Assembly (NCBI GenBank): GCA_964489065.1
Contig: CAZAXH010000008.1
Location: 64,130 to 128,129 of the forward strand
Source: an uncultured Planctomycetales bacterium
GTDB taxonomy: Bacteria > Omnitrophota > Gorgyraeia > Zapsychrales > JANLHA01
Length of the DNA: 64,000 bases
Direction: 5' to 3'
In this document: one piece after another, positions 28,681-37,978 of the stretch
How the letters are laid out: every line of letters starts with the position of its first letter
How positions within the stretch are numbered: position 1 is the first letter of the stretch
The notes under the pieces: model-generated
Told to the model about the DNA's origin: nothing
The model's input: only the letters and a program-made list of their open reading frames with translations
The model's database searches: none
Translations under genes and position numbers: made by a program

Positions 28681-30291
28681 ATGCAGACCAATAAAGTGAT
28701 GGCCGCTTATTTAAAATACCGTTTTTTTCTCTTGCCGTTATTATTCATCGAGATTATACGCAATCCTTTTTATAAAAATTTTGTCGATTCCTCGGATTCC
28801 ATCCGCGAATTTTTTAAATACATTTTTTTGAAGTCAGCGCTCCTTAATAACATCACGGATAACGCTGTCGTCCTGATAAACGGCCAACTCCATCTGTTAT
28901 CCGGGTCCATCATCTCAATCCTGTTTTATGGGACGGTCGTTGTCGCGGTCAACGGCGTGGTTTGGTATCGCCAAAGCCGCGCGCCCGGAAGGCCTTCAGC
29001 GGCCATTTTCCCGCATTTAATTTGGACGGCCGTATTTTGTTTCGCCATTAAATCTTTCCCGCCGCTTACGGCTGTTACCTTAACATCCCTGCTGGGCTTT
29101 GTCTACATAGCGGATTTTGTGTTTTTTAACAACGATTCGTTTTTTTTAACCCGTATAAAAAGATCCTTCTTCTTTATATTCTCGCTGGCTGCCGTTTTTC
29201 TCGCAGAGTGGCTCTGCTTTCCTTTATACATAAAGTTTCTATATTTTCTTCAGGATAAAAAAATTACGCCTGCGAAAGCCCAGCTCATCCAATGGGGGCA
29301 TTATTCCCTCTTTGTTTTTTTTACCCTCCTCATGGTTTCTCCATTGAAGAATCCGTCTATCATTGACATGCAGCTTTTGCAGAAAGGCCGTTATTTCGAC
29401 CTGCAATATTATGAAAAAGGCGACGCCCTGATCGTCCTGAATGACTTTGAAGGGCAAGTGGAACGGATATCCGTGAAACATATGGCACCCCCGGCTGTGC
29501 TTTACAAATCCCGGATGTCAAGCGGGACAGAAGATTCGATGGGAGACTGGCTGGCCGTCAATAACGAAACACAGGAGCTGTATTTTACAGACCGCAGTTT
29601 TCATGAATTGATGATCCTGGATTTGACGACCCATGCCATCAAAAAGACCCTGTCATCGGAGATCTTTAACGCTGGGGACAATTTTATCACGTCCCTGAAT
29701 CACCACATTTATGGGATCACGGAAGAGGGGGCCTGTATTTATAAAATTGACCCGGAGAATGTTTCTCCCGTTGACAGCATGCTGAACTTTTGCATTCGGG
29801 AAGGAGAGGGGTCCATGCTCGTCCCGAATCCCCGGCTTAATGTTTTATACGCGACAAACTGGAATGAGCCCTCATCAAAATTTTTTATTTATAAAATTGA
29901 TGCCGACACTTTGGCCGTTCTGGGCCGGTTCCCCTTAAGCTCACCGGGGATCGTGATGGTTTCCGAAGATGGGGAACGGTTGCACTGCGGCGTCAGCACA
30001 GGGCCGGTGAATATTTTCACGATCGACGCCAGGAGCCTGCGACTGGTGGACCGCTTTCTGATTCCATACGGAACGGAAAACGGGGCCCTGGACAAAAAGC
30101 GGGAACTGTTGTTTGCCGCCAATCATTTCACCAACATTGTTGAAGTCATTGATCTGAAGACCAAAAAGACGGTTCAGTATTTTCGAGCCGGGGATGGGCG
30201 GTCTTACATCCGCAGGATCATTGTCGACGCCTCTAACAAACGGTTTTTTGTCACGGTTTTTAACGAAGGCATTTACGTGGGGGCCTATTAA
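28681..30291 (+). CDS. Polytopic membrane N-domain fused to a C-terminal beta-propeller (YVTN-like) domain; hypothetical
   Basis: Start at MQTNKV with GAGAGGAAAAAGG upstream. About 8 hydrophobic helices in the first 250 aa. The C-terminal half has repeated motifs such as FTNIVEVIDLKTKKTV and LNVLYATNWNE, consistent with beta-propeller blades. Confidence 0.4.
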   Translation: MQTNKVMAAYLKYRFFLLPLLFIEIIRNPFYKNFVDSSDSIREFFKYIFLKSALLNNITDNAVVLINGQLHLLSGSIISILFYGTVVVAVNGVVWYRQSRAPGRPSAAIFPHLIWTAVFCFAIKSFPPLTAVTLTSLLGFVYIADFVFFNNDSFFLTRIKRSFFFIFSLAAVFLAEWLCFPLYIKFLYFLQDKKITPAKAQLIQWGHYSLFVFFTLLMVSPLKNPSIIDMQLLQKGRYFDLQYYEKGDALIVLNDFEGQVERISVKHMAPPAVLYKSRMSSGTEDSMGDWLAVNNETQELYFTDRSFHELMILDLTTHAIKKTLSSEIFNAGDNFITSLNHHIYGITEEGACIYKIDPENVSPVDSMLNFCIREGEGSMLVPNPRLNVLYATNWNEPSSKFFIYKIDADTLAVLGRFPLSSPGIVMVSEDGERLHCGVSTGPVNIFTIDARSLRLVDRFLIPYGTENGALDKKRELLFAANHFTNIVEVIDLKTKKTVQYFRAGDGRSYIRRIIVDASNKRFFVTVFNEGIYVGAY

Positions 30292-30304
30292 CACAAAAAC
30301 TCAT

Positions 30305-31366
30305 ATGAGGACTCCCAAACATAATATTCTACGCACGATTCTGATGCTGCTCATCCCCGGGGCCGCCACCGCGGCTGTGTTATACCTCATTTTCAGGAAT
30401 CTTGATTTCAAGGTTCTGTTGATATCCCTCAAAAATTCCGACTATAGATTTCTCACGCTCGCTTTAGGGGTTTCCCTCACATGGAATATCGGTCTTTTCG
30501 GTCTACTCCGGAAAATAATCTGGCAATATATGGGATATGTTATTTCCCTGAAAGAATGCCTGTTTGTTCGGGCCGGGAGCCTGCCTTTTCAGGCGATCCC
30601 GTCTTTTAAGGACACAGGCTTAGCCATGGCGCTGTATTTAAAAAATTACCGCCATATGCCTTTAAGTGAAGGCATATTATCAAATATCATCGTTAATCTT
30701 TTTAGTCTGGTGGGCCTGTTTTTTTTAATTATACTGGGCTACTTGTTTTACAGACCCGGATTCCCAGAGGGAGGAGACCTCTTCCCTCATCTAACGGCCA
30801 GGATCGTGCCTGTCGTTCTGTTCCTTGGGTTCATTGCGTACGCCTTTTATTTTAACCAGGCCTTGGGGAAACGGATTCTTTTTTACGCTTGCTTCAAGAA
30901 AAAGACCCCTTTATTTAATATTTTTGAAAAAAATATTGATCTGTGGAAAATCCTTCCCAAACATAAAATTATCATTTTCTTTCTATTGACGACAATATAC
31001 AAACTGGCGGAAGTGCTTCTTTTTTGCGCGCTGGCGCAATCTTACCAACTTAGAGTCCCGCTGTCAGCCATTTTGCTGTATGTGCCTCTGGCCATGATGA
31101 TCAGTGAATCCCCGGCCAATATCAGCGGGATCGGGGTGAGGGAAGGAGCCCTGATTTTGTTTTTTTACAATTTCGCGCCCAAAGAAATTTTAGTCTCCGT
31201 GGCCGTTCTAATTTTTATTATAAACAGGATCGTGCCGATCATGGTCGGGTTCTTTTTCCTGGCCCCTTTCCTCTCCCGAACCCAGCTATCCTTTGCTAAA
31301 ATATGGGAACAGGTGCGGTTCATCTCAGGCGGAGGGCCGAAAAACTCTCCGGAGGCGTTATGCTGA
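30305..31366 (+). CDS. Flippase-like (UPF0104/LPG_synthase_TM-type) polytopic membrane protein
   Basis: All-helical membrane protein of about 350 aa with the 6-8 TM layout and charged loop pattern seen in flippase-like proteins encoded next to GT2 genes. The family assignment rests on architecture and context, not a strict motif. Confidence 0.4.
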   Translation: MRTPKHNILRTILMLLIPGAATAAVLYLIFRNLDFKVLLISLKNSDYRFLTLALGVSLTWNIGLFGLLRKIIWQYMGYVISLKECLFVRAGSLPFQAIPSFKDTGLAMALYLKNYRHMPLSEGILSNIIVNLFSLVGLFFLIILGYLFYRPGFPEGGDLFPHLTARIVPVVLFLGFIAYAFYFNQALGKRILFYACFKKKTPLFNIFEKNIDLWKILPKHKIIIFFLLTTIYKLAEVLLFCALAQSYQLRVPLSAILLYVPLAMMISESPANISGIGVREGALILFFYNFAPKEILVSVAVLIFIINRIVPIMVGFFFLAPFLSRTQLSFAKIWEQVRFISGGGPKNSPEALC

Positions 31367-32076
31367 ATACCAGTATTTCCTTGGTTGTCCCTGTTTATAA
31401 TGAAGCGGAAATCATCGCCGACACGTTGGCGGCCTTTACCCGGGAACTATCGGGTGTCTGCAGGGATTTTGAAATTATCGTTGTGGATGACGGGAGCACG
31501 GATGACACCGCGGCCATATTACGCCGGATTTCAGAAAATAACGCGCGTATCAAAGTTGTCTATAACCCGGTCAATGAAGGGAGCGGAGCCAGCGTCTGGA
31601 AAGGGTTCAAGAGCGCCGGCAAAGAACTGATCATCAGTAATTTCGCGGACCGCCCTTTTGCCCTTTCGGATTTAGAGGGGGTTATCCGGGCGGCCGACCT
31701 GAACAGCGCTGATTTTATCGTCGTGGTCAGACAGGACCGGAGCGCCAACACGGGCTATAGGAAAATAACGTCCCTGACGAATTACTGGCTTATCCGATTC
31801 CTGTTTAAGGTGAAGATATCTGATTTCCAGTTTGTCCAGGTCTATAAACGCCCGGTCATTCAGGGCATCCCTATCCGTTCCCGGGAGACGTTTGTCCCGC
31901 CAGAACTGATGATCAGGCTTCTGGACAAAGGCTTTCAGTATCGGGAAGTCATCCGGCCGTTTCATAAAAGACCGGGAGGGCAGTCGAAATGCGGCCGCCC
32001 GGGGAAAGTGTTGAGAAGTATGCTGGAAATCTTTAACTTTTGGATATATTGGGTCATCCTCAAAAAGCGAGATTGA
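31360..32076 (+). CDS. GT2 family glycosyltransferase (polyprenyl-phosphate/dolichyl-phosphate sugar transferase-like)
   Basis: ISLVVPVYNEAEII...EIIVVDDGSTDDT (DXD region) is classic GT-A GT2. ATGCTGA overlap with the upstream gene and GGAGG RBS. Confidence 0.8.
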   Translation: MLNTSISLVVPVYNEAEIIADTLAAFTRELSGVCRDFEIIVVDDGSTDDTAAILRRISENNARIKVVYNPVNEGSGASVWKGFKSAGKELIISNFADRPFALSDLEGVIRAADLNSADFIVVVRQDRSANTGYRKITSLTNYWLIRFLFKVKISDFQFVQVYKRPVIQGIPIRSRETFVPPELMIRLLDKGFQYREVIRPFHKRPGGQSKCGRPGKVLRSMLEIFNFWIYWVILKKRD

Positions 32077-32077
32077 A

Positions 32078-32773
32078 ATGCGGATCAGTATCATGCAGCC
32101 CGGATATATTCCCTGGCTGGGATTTTTTGAACTTATGGCGCGGTGTGACGTGTTCGTCATCCTGGATGACGTGAGTTATACAAAACGTGATTGGCGCAGC
32201 CGCAACCGGATCCGCACAAAACAGGGATGGATATGGCTTACCGTCCCTGTCCTGTCCAAAAACCGGAGCGGACAGCTTATCCTGGAGACAAAAATCAACA
32301 ATGATAAAAACTGGCGTGCCGCGCATCTGAAGTGTCTTGAAATTCATTATTCCCAATCGGCTTATTTCAAGAAATATATTCATCCCTTTACAGACCTTTA
32401 CCGCCGGGAGTGGGAGCTTTTGATTGATCTGGATATGGCCATTATTTCCTTCCTCGCAGAAGCCCTGGACATCGGGACTCCGGTGATCCGTTCTTCCCAG
32501 TTGGGAATCCGTGGCCTGAACGGAAACCAGCGTATCCTTACCATTTGTGAGAAGCTGCAGTCCCGGGAACTCTATGACAGCCAAGGGGCGAAACCTTTTA
32601 TCGATCTGGCTCTTTTTCAGGAGAAAGGAATTCGTGTTGAATTTCAGGAATTCCGGCATCCCACATATCGTCAGGTTTATGCTCCTTTTTTACCTTTTAT
32701 GTCCGTGGTGGATTTGCTGTTTAATGAAGGTCCGCGTGGTAAAGAGATTATTTTAGGCAACCGACCTGCTTAA
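32078..32773 (+). CDS. WbqC-like family protein
   Basis: MRISIMQPGYIPWLGFFELMARCDVFVILDDVSYTKRDWRSRNRIRT matches the conserved N-terminus of WbqC-like proteins from O-antigen and glycan loci. Confidence 0.7.
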   Translation: MRISIMQPGYIPWLGFFELMARCDVFVILDDVSYTKRDWRSRNRIRTKQGWIWLTVPVLSKNRSGQLILETKINNDKNWRAAHLKCLEIHYSQSAYFKKYIHPFTDLYRREWELLIDLDMAIISFLAEALDIGTPVIRSSQLGIRGLNGNQRILTICEKLQSRELYDSQGAKPFIDLALFQEKGIRVEFQEFRHPTYRQVYAPFLPFMSVVDLLFNEGPRGKEIILGNRPA

Positions 32774-32977
32774 AAACAGAGGAGGACAAAAGGGCCGCCC
32801 CCTGGCAAAAATTATGGAGCCCCATGCCCATAGGCATGTGGCTATTAACAATTCGTTTCGCGGAATGATCTGACCACCTTAATATATGTACGGACATCCC
32901 CGAAACAGAAAACCTTGTTAGTCCTCCGGCATTCATCCACGGGCACGCCTGCGGTCTTCTGCCAGGGGGATAAAAAT

Positions 32978-34765
32978 ATGAAAAAAAGACCCTGGCTAAC
33001 TTTAATAGTTTTTTCCGCCCTGACTTTTCTTTTCACATCCCCGGTATTTACCCATATTTCTTACTGGGGGCATCTGGACTGGGACCAATTCACGTTCTGG
33101 CACGCGGTGCCCCGAGAGATTATTTTGAGGCATGGGCAATTCCCTTTATGGAATCCCTATGCCAATGGGGGGAATGTTTTGCTGGCGCATCCGCAGTCGG
33201 CTTTTTTGTCCCCATTTTTTATTTTTGTGTTTCTGGGGGGGCCGATTTTAGGACTCAAGCTGGAAATCCTCGCGCATTTATGGCTGGGCCTGCTCGGCAT
33301 GCATAACCTTTCCCGTCATTTGGGCTTGAATTGGCGGGGCGCTTATTTAAGCGCATGCGTTTATATGCTGAATTCCGTATTTTTCTTGCACCTGGGAGAA
33401 GGGCAGATGGAATGGGTGGCGCTTGCTTTTGTCCCCTGGATTTTTATGTTTTATTTAAAAAGCATTCCGCCTGCCCGCACGCAGGGCCAGACTACCCCTG
33501 CCCTGAATCGTTTTTCTTTGGCCGGGGCTATCCTCACCCTGGGATTGATTCTCGTCACCGGGGTTTATGTGGTGAATTTGTTCCTTGTGTTTTTGTCCCT
33601 ATACGCCGGCTTTAAGTCTGTTCAGATGAAACGGGGACAGCCTGTCCTGATTTTGGGGGTTGCGTTTGCCGGCGCATGTCTTATCGGCGCTGTCAAATTT
33701 CTGCCTATGCTGGAATTTGTGCACCAGGTTCCCCGGTTAGTGGATCAACAAAGCGGAGTTAGCCCAGCGACCTTATGGACAATGCTGTTCAGCCGGAACC
33801 AGGCCTTCCTTGACTCACGGCTCTGGGAAACAACCTTTCTGCACGACGGAACCTATCGTTACGGCTGGCATGAATACGGAGCTTATATCGGATTTTTACC
33901 GTTTCTTTTATTCGTGGTGGGAGGGATGAGAGACTATAAAACCCGCTGGCCTTTACTGGGCTCGGCTGCCGTCTGCCTGCTTTTGGTGATGGGGCATTCT
34001 TCGCCTGTCAATCTTTGGGGAATTTTGCATCACCTCCCGGTTTATAGATCCTTGACTGTTCCGTCCCGGTTTATATTTTGCGTTATATTCCCGGTCGCTC
34101 TTTTATCCGGGTTCGGCCTCGCTCATGTCGAAAACAGCCTGCGCAAGTATGGCCGCGTGGTGTCGTGTCTAATCCTGATTTTCGTGACCTTAGATTTATG
34201 GCAGGTGAATGGGGTTTTGCTCAAAAACGTTTTCCGCATTCCGCCGCAACAAGTGGCCCGGGAAAGAATGTTCAGGCAACGCTACGCCGCCATTAATTTT
34301 TATAAGGAAAAATCCCTGAGCCGGAGTTCCCAGTACCCGATTTTTTTAAGCAACAGTGGTATTCTAGAGGCCTATGAATGCGCCGCGATCAAAAGGGGAG
34401 ACGTGAGAATCGCATCCGATCCGGGGTACCGGGGGGAAGCGTATCTGAAAAGCGGGAACGGCAGGATCCTGAATGTCCGTTTTTCACCCAACGCCATCGC
34501 AGTAAGCGTCGATATGGACAGGGATGACACCCTTATCGTGAATCAGAACTATTATACCGGCTGGCGCGTCAGAGCCAACGGAAACGATCTGCCGCCCGCT
34601 GTTTATAACGGCCTTACGGCCGCGCGCCTTAGCCCTGGCCGGCAGGATGTGGTCTTTTATTATTTACCGGGCAGTTTTATCCTGGGATTGTGCTTGAGCT
34701 TGAGTTTTTCCGTTACTCTGATTTTTTGGTTGCAGCGCGGGCTTAAAACGCCGGCAATTCCCTGA
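32978..34765 (+). CDS. Large polytopic membrane protein, YfhO/GT-C-like candidate
   Basis: Start at MKKRPW. About 12 TM helices followed by a C-terminal soluble domain of about 180 aa. The assignment is by architecture only. Confidence 0.35.
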   Translation: MKKRPWLTLIVFSALTFLFTSPVFTHISYWGHLDWDQFTFWHAVPREIILRHGQFPLWNPYANGGNVLLAHPQSAFLSPFFIFVFLGGPILGLKLEILAHLWLGLLGMHNLSRHLGLNWRGAYLSACVYMLNSVFFLHLGEGQMEWVALAFVPWIFMFYLKSIPPARTQGQTTPALNRFSLAGAILTLGLILVTGVYVVNLFLVFLSLYAGFKSVQMKRGQPVLILGVAFAGACLIGAVKFLPMLEFVHQVPRLVDQQSGVSPATLWTMLFSRNQAFLDSRLWETTFLHDGTYRYGWHEYGAYIGFLPFLLFVVGGMRDYKTRWPLLGSAAVCLLLVMGHSSPVNLWGILHHLPVYRSLTVPSRFIFCVIFPVALLSGFGLAHVENSLRKYGRVVSCLILIFVTLDLWQVNGVLLKNVFRIPPQQVARERMFRQRYAAINFYKEKSLSRSSQYPIFLSNSGILEAYECAAIKRGDVRIASDPGYRGEAYLKSGNGRILNVRFSPNAIAVSVDMDRDDTLIVNQNYYTGWRVRANGNDLPPAVYNGLTAARLSPGRQDVVFYYLPGSFILGLCLSLSFSVTLIFWLQRGLKTPAIP

Positions 34766-36262
34766 TCACCAGAAATCACCCAACGGCGTTTGGGGATCGG
34801 ACACGCATCGAAACGGTTCAAAAGTGGAGGAACGGACCAAACGGTATTTCCCGGAAGAAGCCGTGCGGATATAATCAACGGCCTGAAAGCGGATATCGGT
34901 CCCGCTCCCTAAGACATGTTTCAATTTGTCCCGGAGCCCGTCTAAATCGGTTTCTTTTTGAAGGGCATCCTGCACGAATTTAAAATCAAACTGGTCCGGC
35001 GCGCGCTGGATCAATTGAAATAATTTAATGCCAGGATGGGACAAAGACAGCTCAAGAATTTCACGGGAAGGGATGGCATGCCCGTCAGCCGTCATGATTA
35101 AATCCTGAAGGCGTCCTTCCACCCGCATGAGGCGTGATGTCCGGCGGCAGGGGCAAGGGTCATCAGCAAAGGACCCGACGTCGCCGTGCTCGTAACGGAT
35201 AAAAGGCATGCCGTAAGAATTTAAGGCGGTCATAATAATATTAGCGAGTTCCCCGGGCCGGGCCGGCTCGCCGTTGGCGCGGATAAATTCCAGATAACAT
35301 TGGTCTTCCAGAACGTGCATCTGCCCGTTGCTCATCGCGCAGGAGCTGGCCACCCGTCCCAATTCACACCCGCCGTAACTTTGGAAAACCGGAGCGCGAA
35401 ACTGTTCGCCGATGAATTGCCGCATGCCCGGGAAAGACAACCCGGCGGTTAAGTCCAGTCCTTTAAGAGGCGGGATGGATATCTGTTTCTTCTGCATAAA
35501 ATTTGCCAGCAAATATAAATAGACAGGGTATCCGGAGATCATATCTGGCTTGAATTCCTGAACCACGCGGATATAATCCAGTATGTCTTCATCGGAGAAA
35601 TCAGAATTTAACGGCGGGGGGAAGCGGCGGTTGTTCAGCAATCCGTTGGTGATGTGCCGTTCCACAAAGATATAGTAAGCCTGCCTTGCGTGCTTGTGAC
35701 GGGACAAGACCATCTTAAGGTATTTGAGAAGAGGAATATCCGGGCTTTCTCCGGTCGGGAGGCAGGGCTGGCATTCATTCGGTGTGATCCGGACGACCGT
35801 GTCCCCCAGATCACACCCCATCAAGTGCCAGCTTCTAAGCTTGGAGGCGTACTTGTGATTAATATCGTCATGGTCGTGGACCAACATCAGGGACGCACCT
35901 GTGGTCCCGGATGTGTTAGAATAACGCATCCTCCCTAATGGATAATTATCTGCGACCGTGTGCCGGGGAAAATTTTCCCGGAGCTCTTTTTTCGTTACCA
36001 CCGGCAGTTTCCTGAAATCGGCTTCACATTTTATATATTCAGGTTTGATTCCGGCCTGATCGTACTTCTTCCTGTAAAAAGGCACGTGGTAATACGCATG
36101 GTTCACGAGGCTTAAGATGCGTCGCCATTGCCGGGCTCTGCGGGTTTCAACGGGCTCAAAGTCAGCCCGGATATAATCGTTATAATAGCACCACCCTTTA
36201 TTGGAGCTCATCCGCAGGGAGAGGGGCATGACGATTTTTTTTAGAAAATATTTCCGCATCAT
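34766..36262 (-). CDS. Phenylacetate-CoA ligase (PaaK)/CapK/F390-synthetase-like adenylate-forming enzyme
   Basis: N-terminal ...RILSLVNHAYYHVPFYRKKYDQAGIKP... and AMP-binding core (SGTTGASLMLVHD-type) characteristic of the PaaK-like subfamily. Confidence 0.65.
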   Translation of the reverse strand: MMRKYFLKKIVMPLSLRMSSNKGWCYYNDYIRADFEPVETRRARQWRRILSLVNHAYYHVPFYRKKYDQAGIKPEYIKCEADFRKLPVVTKKELRENFPRHTVADNYPLGRMRYSNTSGTTGASLMLVHDHDDINHKYASKLRSWHLMGCDLGDTVVRITPNECQPCLPTGESPDIPLLKYLKMVLSRHKHARQAYYIFVERHITNGLLNNRRFPPPLNSDFSDEDILDYIRVVQEFKPDMISGYPVYLYLLANFMQKKQISIPPLKGLDLTAGLSFPGMRQFIGEQFRAPVFQSYGGCELGRVASSCAMSNGQMHVLEDQCYLEFIRANGEPARPGELANIIMTALNSYGMPFIRYEHGDVGSFADDPCPCRRTSRLMRVEGRLQDLIMTADGHAIPSREILELSLSHPGIKLFQLIQRAPDQFDFKFVQDALQKETDLDGLRDKLKHVLGSGTDIRFQAVDYIRTASSGKYRLVRSSTFEPFRCVSDPQTPLGDFW

Positions 36263-37674
36263 ACCCCCAGGACTGTTTTCAGGATTGTTTTGGGATAATA
36301 TTTCAGATAAAAATAAAAACGTTTATCCTGATTTTTCATGGCAAGGACGAGCATCCCTGCCATGATCAGGACGTTAGGAACGAAGCGAAAAAATTTCCAC
36401 CGGTTCTTATGCCGCAGAAAAGAATTCACGGCCGGGGAAAACAACGGGAGTATCTTAAAATATTTTTGAAAACAGGCGTTAGGGATTTTCATGTCCGGGC
36501 TTCCGGCCACAGCGGAAAAAAAGTCCGACTGGTAACGGTCGTCGTTTTTAATGTCGGCTGGAGCCCATTCAAATATTTTCGCCTGACGGTAAAAAACCAG
36601 GTTATGGCATTTGATTCTGTTGAGGCCGCGCAAGTTAGCGTATATTCCCGCCGCCGTTATATGGTCGTCCAGGCTTTCTCCGGGAATGCCGAATAGATGG
36701 TCGGCATCATAGGCGAGATGGTGCCGGTCACATAGGGCAAAGGCTTTTGCAACCACCGCATTGTGTTCCTCCCGGGACAGGACGCGCCGTTTAAGGGATT
36801 CATTCAGTGTCTGCACCCCGAACTCCACGCAATAGCAACGGCTTTCTTTGAGCATCCCGGCCATTTCCTCGTCGAAACTTCCAGCTTTGGCAAAACATTT
36901 ATAGGGCAGGCCAATCTGCTTGCGGTATTGCGCCAGGAATTGCCGAAGCCAGTCCTTGTTTAAAGCAAAAATGGGATCTTTAAAAATGACTTCTCTCATG
37001 CGGTAACGTTTTTGCGCCTCTTGCAGTTCCGCGATCACGTGTTCAGGGAGCCGTCTCCGGCAATAATGCGCGCCCAGGGTGTCCTTTAACACCGTTTCAA
37101 GGCAGTAAGAGCAATGGGCGGGGCAGCCCTTGCTGGTAAACACCATGTAACTGTCCCGGAAGTTCACGTAACGTTCAAATAAGCTTTTATCCGGCAACGG
37201 CAGTTTATTGACATCAACCACTCCGGGAATCCGGAAAACCACCGGTGCCCCCGTGTCATATCGTTCACGCAGGAAAACGTCGAATGCGAGTTCCGGTTCA
37301 CCGATAAGGGTGAAATCAACCCCGCAGGGCGCCGGGAGATCGATAACGGATAAATAAACTGTTTTGACTCCGGGCAGAGATGTTTTGATGCCCTCCGCGA
37401 AACCCTCTATCCCAGGTTTATTCAAATGAATAGCATCATAAAAGACAACAAGGTCAGGGTTCAGGGTTATTATTTTTTTTATGGACTTTTGGGGCCGGGA
37501 AAAAATTTTATGAAGGCGGGGAGAAGAAATAATGTTATCGGAAAGGCCGAAACTATCCTGGTCATAAATCAGGGCTGTTTCATGCCCGTAACCCCTGGCA
37601 ATCGCCGAAAGGGTCTCCGTGACAAGGGCATCCTGCAAAAAGTAACGGCCTTTGTAAAAAAATGCGATTTTCAT
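36259..37674 (-). CDS. Predicted B12-binding radical SAM protein (MKIAF subfamily, eighth paralog, opposite strand)
   Basis: MKIAFFYKGRYF...IARGYGHETALIY, TSKGCPAHCSYCLET, VDVNKLPLPDKSLFE aligns with DLDALPFPDKDLFY of the tandem paralogs. ATGA overlap with the PaaK-like gene. Confidence 0.65.
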   Translation of the reverse strand: MKIAFFYKGRYFLQDALVTETLSAIARGYGHETALIYDQDSFGLSDNIISSPRLHKIFSRPQKSIKKIITLNPDLVVFYDAIHLNKPGIEGFAEGIKTSLPGVKTVYLSVIDLPAPCGVDFTLIGEPELAFDVFLRERYDTGAPVVFRIPGVVDVNKLPLPDKSLFERYVNFRDSYMVFTSKGCPAHCSYCLETVLKDTLGAHYCRRRLPEHVIAELQEAQKRYRMREVIFKDPIFALNKDWLRQFLAQYRKQIGLPYKCFAKAGSFDEEMAGMLKESRCYCVEFGVQTLNESLKRRVLSREEHNAVVAKAFALCDRHHLAYDADHLFGIPGESLDDHITAAGIYANLRGLNRIKCHNLVFYRQAKIFEWAPADIKNDDRYQSDFFSAVAGSPDMKIPNACFQKYFKILPLFSPAVNSFLRHKNRWKFFRFVPNVLIMAGMLVLAMKNQDKRFYFYLKYYPKTILKTVLGV

Positions 37675-37978
37675 TTTTGACTCAATCGTCCTTTTTAAGC
37701 CGGATGGTTCCTGGCAGACCAGCGGTGAGCATGAGCGCCCGGTGACAAGACAATGTTTATAATACTAGAAACCAGAAAGCTAAACCAGTAAAAACTTAAA
37801 ACGATTACCGGTGTTGTGCTGTCATCAAAGCCGGGAAGTTATCAGGTCGTGAATTTATAATTTTTTTCTATAAATATGATTATTAATATTCAAATAACAT
37901 TTAAAGTATCGTAAAGAATTCCTGCTATAATAAAAGGCCGTAGATAAAAATTGTTTTCAACATTTCTTTAAGCGGGCT

